A stretch of DNA of 64,000 bases, from positions 1,120,001-1,184,000 of the forward strand of contig OZ243938.1 of assembly GCA_965214095.1 (NCBI GenBank), given 5' to 3'. Numbering within the stretch: the first letter of the stretch is position 1; the number at the start of each line of letters is the position of its first letter. Positions 19,247 through 30,091 of the stretch are shown in pieces. Below the pieces are notes generated by a model that was not told the origin of the DNA, ran no database searches, and was given only the letters and a program-made list of their open reading frames with translations. Source of the stretch: Candidatus Poribacteria bacterium (GTDB lineage: Bacteria; Poribacteria; WGA-4E; WGA-3G). The position numbers and the translations under genes were made by a program.

Positions 19247-22200
19247 AACCCATCGTTTGGCTCATCTTTATCCTATCAGGTGCAAGTGCACTCATCTATG
19301 AAGTAATATGGATGCGGCAGTTGACACTTGTCTTCGGCAGCACCGTATTCGCTACAAGCACCGTGCTAACTGCTTTCATGGCAGGACTCGCACTCGGCAG
19401 CTACTACTTCGGTAGAAAGATCGATGAGAGCAATATGTCTCCTCTCAAACTCTATGCCATCCTTGAAGCAGGTATCGGTGGATTTTGTATTCTTTGGCCA
19501 CTCCTTCTCACCTTACTGACCGGTCTATACGTTCTGATATTTCGTAACATTACTTCTGAATTCTATTCTCTTTCAATTATCCGCTTTATTTTAACCTTTG
19601 GAATATTGCTAATTCCCTCCACCTTGATGGGTGGAACATTGCCGGTATTGACACGGTTTTTTGTCAAAAGATTAGAACAACTCGGCACGAATATTGGCAT
19701 TTTGTATGCCTTGAATACCTTTGGTGCAGTTGTAGGCACTGTCGCAGCTGGATTCATTCTGATAGAAGCGGTAGGAGTCACTTGGTCACTCCGCGTGGCA
19801 ATCATCATTAATATCGTTGTTACATTAGTTGCCTTAATATTGGCAAAACAAGCACAAGATATTGATGTTGATGAAAGTGATCAATCGGAAGCACAGGAGA
19901 TAATTGAAACTGATGAACAAGTGATGCAGCCTCAAGAGATTACATCTTCGGAGGTTGGAGGATATGAACGACGGTTAGTTTTACTGGCAATAGGAATATC
20001 CGGTTTCTGTGCATTAGCGTATGAGGTGTTGTGGACTCGTATTCTTGTCTTTTTTCTGGGTAGCACGACTTATGCGTTTGCTACGATGCTCGCTGCGTTT
20101 CTGTTCGGTATCGCACTCGGTAGTATGATATTAGCACGGTGGGTGGATCGTATCAAACAACCTGTAATCACGTTCGGGATTGTGCAGCTTGGGATCGGTC
20201 TGTTTGCTCTGGTACTCATGCCAGCATTTGAGCAGTTATACGAGTTGACTTATGCATTGCAGTCTACATTCGGGGGAAGTAGGTTTTGGGCATTTTTCTC
20301 CTGCTTCCTTGTGATGTGTTTGCCAACATTTCTGATGGGAGCAAGTTTTCCATTGGTCACGAAGATCTATACTGGTGATGCACAAAAACTTGGAAGGAGT
20401 ATCGGTAACGTCTATGCTATCAATACTGTTGGAAGTATTTTAGGAGCATTTTGTGCCGGTTTTGTCCTTATCCCACTATTGAACATTCGACCAAGTATTG
20501 TACTGATGGTGGTACTAAACACAGGTATCGGTAGTTTTCTTGTCATGAAGGGATGGCGATCTACCCAAGATACCGATAGTGAACCCGCAAAATCAGGTGC
20601 AGGAATCAGAGGCTTTTTTCAAGGACTTGGTATCGGTGTGCCGATTGTCACTGTAGGGTTAGCAGTTGTAATTTTATTCTCATTGAATCAACCATTATTT
20701 TTAAAAAGTACTATATTCAAGACACAACGTCCGGGTGATACCGTCGTAGATTATGAGGAAGAAGTAGATGCAACGGTAACAACCTTAAAAGATGATGAAG
20801 GTGTATTTCGTTTATACGTAGACGCTAATCAAGCTGCAGACGCATCGCGCTGGGACTCTCCTTCGCATCGTGTTATCGCTCATCTACCGTTACTCTTACA
20901 TCCGAATCCAAAACGCGCGCTTGTTGTCGGTTTCGGCATGGGACTCACCTCACATTCAATAACACAACACGGTGTGCAAGTTGATGCGATAGAATTATCA
21001 AAAGGTGTGATTAATGCTTCACAGAAACATTTCAAACACATTAATGAGAATATATTTAAAAATCGTTTATTTAACTATAAACTGAACGATGGACGCAATC
21101 ATATCCTGATGACACAAACCAAATATGATATGATTTCAACGGGTATCATTCATCCACTTGTGAGTGCTGGTAGTTCCAATATATATACTGAAGATTTCTA
21201 TAAATTGTGCAAAAGAATCCTAACTGAGGATGGTGTAATGTGTCAGTGGGTACCGTTGCATCGGTTGCCTGAATCGCACTATAAAATGATCGTACGTACC
21301 TTTATCCATGTATTTCCTGAGACGACACTGTGGTACAAATATACCCCTGATTTTGTGATTCTGATAGGCACTAAAGAACCACTTACAATTAACTACAATA
21401 ACTTTATGAGACGGGCAATGATACCAAGTATTAGTAGAGGACTCGCAGCAGATGATCTGGACGGTATGTCGTTATTGGATTCGTTTATGATGGGACCAAA
21501 GGCAGTTCAGGAATATGTGGGTAATGGTCCAATTCATACCGATGACCGTCCAAGGTTAGAGTTTTTCAAAGCTTCGGATCTGACGACATCAACCGCTGTT
21601 AACATTAAAGGCATGAAAGAACATCGGCAACGGATTACGCCACCATTTCTGAGAAATTATGGAACTACACATACAGAAAGAAGAGCTGTTCAGGACAATA
21701 TTGACACCTACTTTAAAGCTACGCAACAACTGATTCTCGGTCAGATTGATTATGCAGAAGCGCAAACGGAACTTTCCAAAGGAAGCGTGAACAACTTCAA
21801 TGCCAAACTGCAGAGTGCAAGTGCGATTATGCTACATGCATTGAGAATTAATCCTGAAGACCAGACGATTGCTTATAATTATGGTGTAATTAGCGGGGTA
21901 ATTCATGAAGATGATCGGGAACAATTTCGTGAGATTGAAAAGCAAGCACAACAAACATTGAAGCAAAATCCTGATGATATTCAGAGTCATATACAGTTAG
22001 GGGTTGTGTATCAGGACAAGGCGAGTGAGAATGAAGGGAAAGGGGATATCGTAAATGCAAGAAAGGAACTTGTAAAGGCATCTAAGGAGTTTGAAAAATC
22101 ACTTCAACTTGACCCCAGCAGGTTAGAGGTCTATTTTATGCTCGGTCCGATATATCAACGTCAACAGATGCATAAGGAAGCATTAAGAACATATAAACGT

Positions 22201-22512
22201 CTTGAACAGCAAGACCCCAATTTACCCGCACCGATTTTTGCAGCAATGGCTCAACTTCATTGGAAATTAGAAAATGTAGAAGAAGCAAAACGATATGCCC
22301 AAAAAGGGGTAGACACAGATAGAAATTCATGGCGTTCACATCATGTCCTCGGCAAGGTATATCATACTATGAACCAACCAGATAAACTAAGTGAACATTA
22401 TTCCAATGCGTTGAAAATTATTGAAGCAGAGATAATTCTCTCCTCTGATCCAAGTAATTTATTGAGTTACAAAGAAGAGATACAAAACGAACTTGACCAG
22501 ATACAAAAATAG
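19234..22512 (+). CDS. Fused membrane (MFS-like)/spermidine synthase-like/TPR protein
   Basis: SGASALIYEV and YALNTFGAVVG membrane repeats; ALVVGFGMG and DGRNHI SAM-fold motifs; C-terminal TPRs. Confidence 0.85.
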   Translation: MRHIKPIVWLIFILSGASALIYEVIWMRQLTLVFGSTVFATSTVLTAFMAGLALGSYYFGRKIDESNMSPLKLYAILEAGIGGFCILWPLLLTLLTGLYVLIFRNITSEFYSLSIIRFILTFGILLIPSTLMGGTLPVLTRFFVKRLEQLGTNIGILYALNTFGAVVGTVAAGFILIEAVGVTWSLRVAIIINIVVTLVALILAKQAQDIDVDESDQSEAQEIIETDEQVMQPQEITSSEVGGYERRLVLLAIGISGFCALAYEVLWTRILVFFLGSTTYAFATMLAAFLFGIALGSMILARWVDRIKQPVITFGIVQLGIGLFALVLMPAFEQLYELTYALQSTFGGSRFWAFFSCFLVMCLPTFLMGASFPLVTKIYTGDAQKLGRSIGNVYAINTVGSILGAFCAGFVLIPLLNIRPSIVLMVVLNTGIGSFLVMKGWRSTQDTDSEPAKSGAGIRGFFQGLGIGVPIVTVGLAVVILFSLNQPLFLKSTIFKTQRPGDTVVDYEEEVDATVTTLKDDEGVFRLYVDANQAADASRWDSPSHRVIAHLPLLLHPNPKRALVVGFGMGLTSHSITQHGVQVDAIELSKGVINASQKHFKHINENIFKNRLFNYKLNDGRNHILMTQTKYDMISTGIIHPLVSAGSSNIYTEDFYKLCKRILTEDGVMCQWVPLHRLPESHYKMIVRTFIHVFPETTLWYKYTPDFVILIGTKEPLTINYNNFMRRAMIPSISRGLAADDLDGMSLLDSFMMGPKAVQEYVGNGPIHTDDRPRLEFFKASDLTTSTAVNIKGMKEHRQRITPPFLRNYGTTHTERRAVQDNIDTYFKATQQLILGQIDYAEAQTELSKGSVNNFNAKLQSASAIMLHALRINPEDQTIAYNYGVISGVIHEDDREQFREIEKQAQQTLKQNPDDIQSHIQLGVVYQDKASENEGKGDIVNARKELVKASKEFEKSLQLDPSRLEVYFMLGPIYQRQQMHKEALRTYKRLEQQDPNLPAPIFAAMAQLHWKLENVEEAKRYAQKGVDTDRNSWRSHHVLGKVYHTMNQPDKLSEHYSNALKIIEAEIILSSDPSNLLSYKEEIQNELDQIQK

Positions 22513-22530
22513 GAGGAAAAAAGATCTATT

Positions 22531-24543
22531 ATGTCCCAAGAACCTTCTCTAAAACGGACACATTATTGTGGTGATTTACGTCTTTCTGATGCAGGAACTA
22601 CTGCACACCTTAACGGATGGGTAAGACGTCGTCGTGATCATGGCGGTGTAATTTTTATTGATTTGCGTGATAGAACAGGGATTACGCAGGTTGTTTTTGA
22701 TCCGCAGATTGATGAAAACGCACATGCGATTGCCGATTCTGTCCGTAGTGAATATGTCCTTAACGTCAGTGGCGTAGTCCGAGAACGTGCACCAGGTGAA
22801 CTTCTTTTCAAGGCAGATACAGCATTTCAAGAAGAACTCAGCGAAGATAAATCATTCTCCTCTGAATTCAGAAATCTTTTTTCAGATTCAGACAGAAAAT
22901 ATACACTTTCTGACGAAATAAGTATTAGCGAACGCGAAAATGGCAAACATTGGCTGCTCACGGATGTAGAAAACAATCGCACTTATGACATTTTACAGGA
23001 AGAAGATGAATTGAATGTGTATCAAGGCACTGTCAATCCAGAATTGGATACGGGTGAGATAGAGGTTGCAGTAGATTCCCTCAGTATCCTCAATACAGCC
23101 AAAACGCCGCCATTTCCTGTGGAAGATGACATTGAGGTCGCAGAAGATATACGGATGCGTTATCGGTTCGTTGATTTGCGCCGTCCTGTCATGCAAAAAA
23201 CGCTTGAAATGCGGCATAAAGCTGCACTCGCTGCACGGAACTATATGAATGAGCAGGGATTCCTTGAAATAGAAACTCCTATACTTATGAACAGCACACC
23301 CGAAGGTGCGCGCGACGTGCTTGTGCCGAGTAGATATAATCCGGGTAAATTCTACGCACTCCCACAATCACCTCAACAATTCAAGCAGATTCTGATGATG
23401 AGTGGTGTTGACCGATATTTTCAGATTGCTCGCTGTTTCCGAGATGAGGATACACGTGCGGATAGGCAACTTGAATTTACGCAACTGGATATTGAGATGT
23501 CTTTCGCAAGGGTAGATGATGTGTTAGAAGTCACTGAAGGTTTGATGAAACGTATATTTGAGGAAGCAGGTGGAATTCCAGTTGAAACTCCATTTCTTCG
23601 GCTACCCTATTACGAATCTATGGCACGATTTGGGAATGATAAACCAGATACGCGTTTCGGTATGGAGTTGACTGATCTTTCCGATGTTATGGAGGATTGT
23701 GATTTCCAGGTATTCACCAGAGCACTTTCTACGGATGGACAGGTGAAAGGGATTGCTGTTCCCAGTGGTGCTGATTTTTCCCGGAAGGACATTGATGATC
23801 TGACGAAGTTCGTTGGGACGTATCGCGCAAAAGGTTTGGCATGGGTCAAGGTTACATCAGAGGGATTCTCGTCTGGTATTGTCAAGTTTTTTAAACCGGG
23901 TCAGCTTGAAACCGCACAAGAACGGATGGGAGCAAAAATAGGCGACATCATGTTTTTTGTTGCTGATCGTCCGAAAGTTGTTGCTGATGCACTTGGAAAT
24001 CTTCGGCTACATCTTGGTCGCAAACTTGAACTAATTGACGAAAGCAAATACAACTTCTTGTGGATTGTGGATTACCCACTGTTTGAGTGGAACGAAGATG
24101 AAAATCGGTATGAACCTTTCCATCATTTATTTACTGGTGCAACGGAGGAGACCTTACCACTATTAGATTCTGATCCAGGTAAGGTGCAAAGTCAACATTA
24201 TGATTTAGTGTGCAATGGTTCTGAAATCTGTAGTGGTAGTGTCAGAATACACAATTGGGATGTACAACAGAAAATATTTGATATTCTAAAGATCAAACCT
24301 GAAGAAGTTGAAAGCAGATTCGGGTACTTCATAGATGCTTTGGAATATGGAACACCTCCACATGCTGGAATCGCGCCTGGACTTGATAGGATGGTCATGT
24401 TAATGCGTAATGAAGAAAACATACGTGAAGTGATAGCATTTCCGAAATCTCAACAGGGATTATGTCTGCTAACGCATGCACCATCTAATGTTTCCGAAGA
24501 ACAATTGGATGAATTGTCAATACGCGTGGACGTTGATACATAA
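22531..24543 (+). CDS. aspS: Aspartate-tRNA ligase (probably non-discriminating) with an inserted domain
   Basis: RTHYCG, RRRDHGG, TPEGARD, FRDEDTRADRQ, PPHAGIAPGLDR. Confidence 0.97.
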   Translation: MSQEPSLKRTHYCGDLRLSDAGTTAHLNGWVRRRRDHGGVIFIDLRDRTGITQVVFDPQIDENAHAIADSVRSEYVLNVSGVVRERAPGELLFKADTAFQEELSEDKSFSSEFRNLFSDSDRKYTLSDEISISERENGKHWLLTDVENNRTYDILQEEDELNVYQGTVNPELDTGEIEVAVDSLSILNTAKTPPFPVEDDIEVAEDIRMRYRFVDLRRPVMQKTLEMRHKAALAARNYMNEQGFLEIETPILMNSTPEGARDVLVPSRYNPGKFYALPQSPQQFKQILMMSGVDRYFQIARCFRDEDTRADRQLEFTQLDIEMSFARVDDVLEVTEGLMKRIFEEAGGIPVETPFLRLPYYESMARFGNDKPDTRFGMELTDLSDVMEDCDFQVFTRALSTDGQVKGIAVPSGADFSRKDIDDLTKFVGTYRAKGLAWVKVTSEGFSSGIVKFFKPGQLETAQERMGAKIGDIMFFVADRPKVVADALGNLRLHLGRKLELIDESKYNFLWIVDYPLFEWNEDENRYEPFHHLFTGATEETLPLLDSDPGKVQSQHYDLVCNGSEICSGSVRIHNWDVQQKIFDILKIKPEEVESRFGYFIDALEYGTPPHAGIAPGLDRMVMLMRNEENIREVIAFPKSQQGLCLLTHAPSNVSEEQLDELSIRVDVDT

Positions 24544-24640
24544 GAAAGTATCAACACTTACGTTGATATATTATTTACTTCATCTATTGTGTAATTAAAT
24601 CAGAGTGGGGAGAAATCCTACTTAGGAAAGGAAATTAATA

Positions 24641-26233
24641 ATGAATAATCATGGCAATTCAGAAAGCAATTTTGGTCTACTCATTGGTATAGTCATCGCT
24701 ATTGTAGCTGGTGCACTTATCGGAGGGTTCTTTCCAGGGTTCGCTAAACATACGCATATATTGGGGGATATTTTCCTAACCTTACTGAAGATGGTTGTTG
24801 TACCCCTTGTGATATTCTCAATGGTCGTTGGGATTACTAACCTTGGTGATATTCGCAATCTCGGTTCTATCGGAGGACGCACCGTCCTTTATTATATGGC
24901 AACGACTGCCATTTCTGTGATTATAGGAATGATCCTTGTCAATATCATCATGCCAGGAAAAGGTATAAATTTATCAGAAGAAGGGGACAAATATCCGCAA
25001 CTAACTTACACATTGAGTGGTGAGAATAACCTTACTGTATCATTGCCAGAGGGACAAATTAAAGAAGGTTATTCAAATAAGTTTATAATCACACTTGTTG
25101 ACCAAGAATTGGTTGGGGAAATCACAACAATTGAAGGTAATGAATTGACCGTAGCAAATTGGCAAGACCTATCAGGTGAGATTGACTACATCATAACAGA
25201 AACTGGTAACACTTTGATGATTGCCGAAAACCAATTTACCGATCTGAAAGTTCAGCAATCAGGGATAGGAGTTGATATTGCCTTACCCAAAGTTTCCACA
25301 GTAAAAGAGAAAGAAGATCGCACGATGGGACAAACCCTTCTGGAAGTTTTCTTAGGTAACTCAGAGACAGGAAAACAGGGCATGATACCATCAAACATCT
25401 TTATGGCAATGGCGAATATGGACATTCTGCCACTTATCTTTTTCTCACTGTTTATTGGTGCTGCCTTATCTGTGATCGGTGATGTGGGGAAACCAGCAAT
25501 CGCTATTTTTAATGCACTAAATGAAGCTGTGATGCAGATTGTAAACTGGATAATGATCATTGCACCTGTAGGTATCTTCGGATTAATTGCAGGCAGAATT
25601 GGTGAAGCAGGAGGTTTCGCTAAATTTTTACCTGAATTAGCTGCAGTTGGAAAGTACAGTATGACAGTCGTTATTGCACTTGGATTCCATGGTATTGTTG
25701 TGTTACCGACATTACTATTCATTTTTGGACGACGGAACCCAATTGGATATGCACAAGGCATGGGGACAGCATTACTTAATGCATTTTCTACTGCGAGTTC
25801 AAGTGCAACGTTACCTCTAACAATGGAAAATGTTGAAGAACAAAACGGCATCTCTAATCGAACAGCAAGTTTCGTATTGCCATTAGGGGCTACCATCAAT
25901 ATGGATGGTACAGCACTTTATGAAGCTGTTGCTGTTATGTTTATCGCACAAGTGTATGGCATAACAATGGGACCAGCAGAACAACTCATAATTGTGATGA
26001 CTGCGACACTCGCGGCAATAGGTGCTGCAGGTATACCTGAAGCAGGTCTCGTTACGATGGTTATCGTCCTAAAGGCTGTTGATCTGCCAATTGAAGGTGT
26101 TGCTTTGATCCTTTCAATCGATTGGCTTCTGGATAGATTCCGCACTACTGTCAATGTTTGGGGTGATAGCGTTGGTGCAGGTATCATTGAAACTTATGAA
26201 TCTGGTGAAACTGCTGAAGTACCAGCGACATAA
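24641..26233 (+). CDS. Dicarboxylate/amino acid:cation symporter (DAACS/GltP family)
   Basis: FSTASSSATLP, GATINMDG, IGAAGIPEAG, DWLLDRFRT. Confidence 0.93.
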   Translation: MNNHGNSESNFGLLIGIVIAIVAGALIGGFFPGFAKHTHILGDIFLTLLKMVVVPLVIFSMVVGITNLGDIRNLGSIGGRTVLYYMATTAISVIIGMILVNIIMPGKGINLSEEGDKYPQLTYTLSGENNLTVSLPEGQIKEGYSNKFIITLVDQELVGEITTIEGNELTVANWQDLSGEIDYIITETGNTLMIAENQFTDLKVQQSGIGVDIALPKVSTVKEKEDRTMGQTLLEVFLGNSETGKQGMIPSNIFMAMANMDILPLIFFSLFIGAALSVIGDVGKPAIAIFNALNEAVMQIVNWIMIIAPVGIFGLIAGRIGEAGGFAKFLPELAAVGKYSMTVVIALGFHGIVVLPTLLFIFGRRNPIGYAQGMGTALLNAFSTASSSATLPLTMENVEEQNGISNRTASFVLPLGATINMDGTALYEAVAVMFIAQVYGITMGPAEQLIIVMTATLAAIGAAGIPEAGLVTMVIVLKAVDLPIEGVALILSIDWLLDRFRTTVNVWGDSVGAGIIETYESGETAEVPAT

Positions 26234-26353
26234 TAAACCATTTTCAATCAACTAATTCATGTGATAGTTTAATCTTCCTTGTTGGGTGTATTTAAGAAAT
26301 ATTATATTTCAAAATGCATCCTCAAGGAAGATATTATCGTTACTTATATTACA

Positions 26354-28669
26354 ATGAACACTAAAGACGAAACAACTCAACGACAATCTGGGATTTCTGG
26401 AGAGTCCGCGCTTGCCATAATCAGTGTTACACTCGCTGCATTCTGGATAGCATTTGCTTACTACCATGGTGGTAGCACGGATGGAAATGGCAATCGGATT
26501 CTCTTACTACATCCGCTTGTATCCATCGCGCTGATTGTGCTACTTGTCCGAATCTACCGATATGTTGGTATAAAATTTGTCGTGCATCTTGAGATTATCA
26601 TGATTGGTCTATGGATATTTGTCAGGATGCTTGGTGTCTTCATGCCGTTTATTCTGGGTTTCGGATTTGCATATCTTTTTAGGTTTCTGTGGCGTGCACT
26701 TCCTTTCAAGAAATACTATCAACGAGTCATCGCAACTGTACTGATAGTTATTGTTTGTACTAGTGTATTAATATTCACTGGAATAGCCGTTGGTAATCAA
26801 TTGAACCAAATGGCGAAAGGTTTACAAAAATATTTTCATGAAACTCTAATTCCTTTCGTTGATAGTGAAAAATTTGTTGATATCATGTATGATGAATCAG
26901 ATGAAGAACCAATTCTCTTTCTTGCAACTAACCACGGAATCTACCTTCACGAAATTTCGATAGATCCAGAAACGAAACTTGAGAAATTAGAAGATAGAAA
27001 GGGAATAACCAACGGTGAAATAATTGGAAAGAAAATTAATGCAATATCCGTGAACAATGACTATATCTATGCTGGTACTGATTCTGGTGTTTATAGATGT
27101 GACAAAGATATTGTCAAGGTGGTAACAGGAAGGACAGATGAATTGAGTGAAACAACTGAAACAACTGAAACATCTCCTCGTCCTGGATTTATACGAAAAA
27201 TATGGCACATGCTAATAGGAAAAAGAGAAGAATCAGCAGTTGCATTATCAAACAAATTAGTATGGAAAAAAATAGATACAGAATTCTTTGATACACGTCC
27301 TGTCAAAGCCATCAATACACCTTCTTGGAATTCGGATTTGATTTATGTAGGAACAGCGAACGGTTTATTCTTTAGTGAAGATGCTGAGGAAAAATGGGTT
27401 CAGGATAAGACAACACCATTTAATAATAAACCTATAATCCATATTACATCTATAGAAAAGTATGAAATTGAACGAGAAGACATACCAAAATCGCTACCAC
27501 GCAAAGATATACCTATGTTTATTGCTGTTGAGGACATTGATCAGGAAGATGATAAGATAACTACTGTTGTATACAAACTGCCAAAACCTTCAGATAAGTG
27601 GGAACCAATAAGTTCTACAATAAGTTCTACATCAGATGAGATGCCAATAATTAATGTGATTGTAGCAATCGATGAACAGAAAATAGAACTCGTTGCTGGG
27701 ACTAAGAATGGGGTATACGAGTGGGTTGAATCTGGAACATGGGAAGACAAGACAGATTCTGTGCGTTTACCCCTATCAATCACTTTATTGGCTACTTCAA
27801 AGTCTGGATTATATGCAGGGAATGACGAAGTTATACATTATTATTCCAAAAAATCAAGAAAATGGAACAGGGTTATTGAAAAAGAGAGTGGTATAATAGC
27901 ATATAGAGATTCTGAAATTGTGATGCAGTTTCAGGACTACATTACAGAGAAAATACCTGGATGGACAGCAAGTGGTGGTGCTTTTGTACGGTGGATATCT
28001 GGATTAGCGGGATCAATTGCCTTTCAGTTTGGAGGTCTTATTGCTACTCTCTTTTTAGCATTTATCGTGTTTGTCTATGCAAGTCAAGGATTTAACAAAT
28101 ACACACGTGGTTTTATTAATTTAGTCCCAGAAAGACACCGAGAAACTGCAATGGCATATTTTAGGGAAATAGATAGGAATATGCACCAATTTCTCAAAGG
28201 GCAATTCACTGTTATTGTCATAATCTCAATATTGTCCTGTACCATATATCATATTATCGGTGTTCCGTTCGCATTGCTTGTTGGATTAATGGCTGGTCTC
28301 TGTAATGCCATACCGACCTTCGGTCCCTTCATAGGAGGAGGATTTGCATACAGTGCAATGTTAATGGGACTCGCGGCAGGTGAATTCGCAGACCCCTACA
28401 ACTTCCTGTTTCGATGTTTGTTAGTACTTGGTGGTATATTGGGAATTCAGACAATTGACAACTCGCTCATTTCACCGAATGTTATGAGTAATGCCGTTGA
28501 TATTGACCCATTACTTATTATGTTTGCAGTCATCGTTGGTGCGTCTATCCTCGGTTTCTGGGGTGTGTTGCTTGCTATTCCAATCATCGTTGTCATAAAA
28601 TCAATCCTGACTGTTTCAAAGGCTGCAGCCAACGGAGGTGACCCAATGCCTATAGAGGAACAAACCTAA
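26354..28669 (+). CDS. AI-2E family transporter with an inserted beta-propeller-like region
   Basis: AI-2E C-terminus (FLKGQF, IPTFGPFIG, GFWGVLLAIP); central GT..G(V/L)(Y/F) repeats. Confidence 0.8.
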   Translation: MNTKDETTQRQSGISGESALAIISVTLAAFWIAFAYYHGGSTDGNGNRILLLHPLVSIALIVLLVRIYRYVGIKFVVHLEIIMIGLWIFVRMLGVFMPFILGFGFAYLFRFLWRALPFKKYYQRVIATVLIVIVCTSVLIFTGIAVGNQLNQMAKGLQKYFHETLIPFVDSEKFVDIMYDESDEEPILFLATNHGIYLHEISIDPETKLEKLEDRKGITNGEIIGKKINAISVNNDYIYAGTDSGVYRCDKDIVKVVTGRTDELSETTETTETSPRPGFIRKIWHMLIGKREESAVALSNKLVWKKIDTEFFDTRPVKAINTPSWNSDLIYVGTANGLFFSEDAEEKWVQDKTTPFNNKPIIHITSIEKYEIEREDIPKSLPRKDIPMFIAVEDIDQEDDKITTVVYKLPKPSDKWEPISSTISSTSDEMPIINVIVAIDEQKIELVAGTKNGVYEWVESGTWEDKTDSVRLPLSITLLATSKSGLYAGNDEVIHYYSKKSRKWNRVIEKESGIIAYRDSEIVMQFQDYITEKIPGWTASGGAFVRWISGLAGSIAFQFGGLIATLFLAFIVFVYASQGFNKYTRGFINLVPERHRETAMAYFREIDRNMHQFLKGQFTVIVIISILSCTIYHIIGVPFALLVGLMAGLCNAIPTFGPFIGGGFAYSAMLMGLAAGEFADPYNFLFRCLLVLGGILGIQTIDNSLISPNVMSNAVDIDPLLIMFAVIVGASILGFWGVLLAIPIIVVIKSILTVSKAAANGGDPMPIEEQT

Positions 28670-30015
28670 TGTCAAATCAACTCCCAATTGTCGCTATTGT
28701 AGGTAGACCCAACGTCGGTAAATCCTCTCTGTTTAATCGGATTACTGCAGATGCACGTCCAAGTTCTGAACATCGTAAGCAGTTCGCCGTCGTCAACGAT
28801 ACACCTGGTGTGACACGGGATCGCAACTACGCAGAAGTTAAATGGCAGGACACATCATTTAAAATAGTGGATACGGGTGGTATGGACGTTGATCATGATG
28901 ATCCATTGATTGATAACGTGCAAGTTCAGGTTGACCAAGCACTATCAGAGGCAGCACTCGTCCTATTTGTCGTTGATGTTCGTGATGGAATAATGCCCCA
29001 TGATAGCATTGTAGCTGAAAAACTACGTTCAGCAGGAAAACCTATTCTTCTCGTTGGAAATAAAGCGGATAGTGTCCGTCTTGGAATGGGAACTGCTGAG
29101 TTCTATTCTCTCGGATTGGATGAACCGATTCTAACCTCGTGTGTTCAGAATATCGGTATACACCAACTCCTTGATCAAGCGGTTGAAGTATTGCCAGAAA
29201 ATGCAGATACACCGGATGATTCCTCTGATCCAATCAAAATCTCAATCGTTGGTCGTCCAAACGTTGGTAAGTCATCTCTCCTCAATTCACTACTCGGTGA
29301 AGAACGCATGATTGTTGACAACCGTCCTGGTACGACACGGGATGCTGTCAATATCAGATTTGTTTATGACAACATCCCTTTTGAACTTGTTGACACAGCA
29401 GGAATGCGACGCAAATCGTCAATTAAAGAGGACTTGGAATCTGCGACTGTGAAAAGCGCAATTAATAGCATCAGACAGAGTGACATTGCAGCATTGGTCT
29501 TAGATGTTACACAAGAGTTGGCACAACAAGACAAGACAATAGCGAGTTTTATTGAGCGAAATGGAAAGGCTTCCGTGCTGGTTCTAAATAAATGGGATCT
29601 CGTTGAGAAGGACAATGCAACACATGGGGAATATATAAGATTGATATCTGCACAAGTGCCGCAACTCGATTATGTGCCAAAGATATTCGTATCGGCTATT
29701 ACGGGTCAACGGGTTACAAAAATCCTTGATGTGGCACTTGAAGTGCATCGCGAATATTGCACCCGAATTCCAACACCTGCGCTGAATGACTTGTTATTAG
29801 AATTGCGCACTTCACATCCTCCTCCTCGTGTGAAAGGAACACGTCCTGCATTGAAATATATCACACAGGTAGAAACGCAGCCACCTACATTCCTAATTTT
29901 TGGACGGAATACGCACAGAATACGTCCACCGTATACAGCATACTTGATCAATAGTCTACGAAGTACATTTGGTTTTCACGGCACACCTATTCGCATTTTT
30001 TATCGTAGAAATTAA
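28669..30015 (+). CDS. der: Ribosome biogenesis GTPase Der (EngA)
   Basis: Two G-domains (GRPNVGKS x2, DTGG/DTAG, NKAD/NKWD) plus KH-like tail. Confidence 0.96.
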   Translation: MSNQLPIVAIVGRPNVGKSSLFNRITADARPSSEHRKQFAVVNDTPGVTRDRNYAEVKWQDTSFKIVDTGGMDVDHDDPLIDNVQVQVDQALSEAALVLFVVDVRDGIMPHDSIVAEKLRSAGKPILLVGNKADSVRLGMGTAEFYSLGLDEPILTSCVQNIGIHQLLDQAVEVLPENADTPDDSSDPIKISIVGRPNVGKSSLLNSLLGEERMIVDNRPGTTRDAVNIRFVYDNIPFELVDTAGMRRKSSIKEDLESATVKSAINSIRQSDIAALVLDVTQELAQQDKTIASFIERNGKASVLVLNKWDLVEKDNATHGEYIRLISAQVPQLDYVPKIFVSAITGQRVTKILDVALEVHREYCTRIPTPALNDLLLELRTSHPPPRVKGTRPALKYITQVETQPPTFLIFGRNTHRIRPPYTAYLINSLRSTFGFHGTPIRIFYRRN

Positions 30016-30091
30016 GATATTGCTATCATATAATGTTCCATAAGGTTTCAGTACATCAAAACTTCTGCATTATCTAATTCAGAGGAATACA

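Noticed and set aside
22798-23025. AspRS insert as an intein or intron
   Set aside because: No Cys/Ser start or His-Asn end, too short, in frame, and no intron structure seen.
27148-27175. 9-bp tandem repeat (GAAACAACT) as a phase-variation tract
   Set aside because: About three in-frame units encoding an ETT linker; copy changes would not shift the frame.
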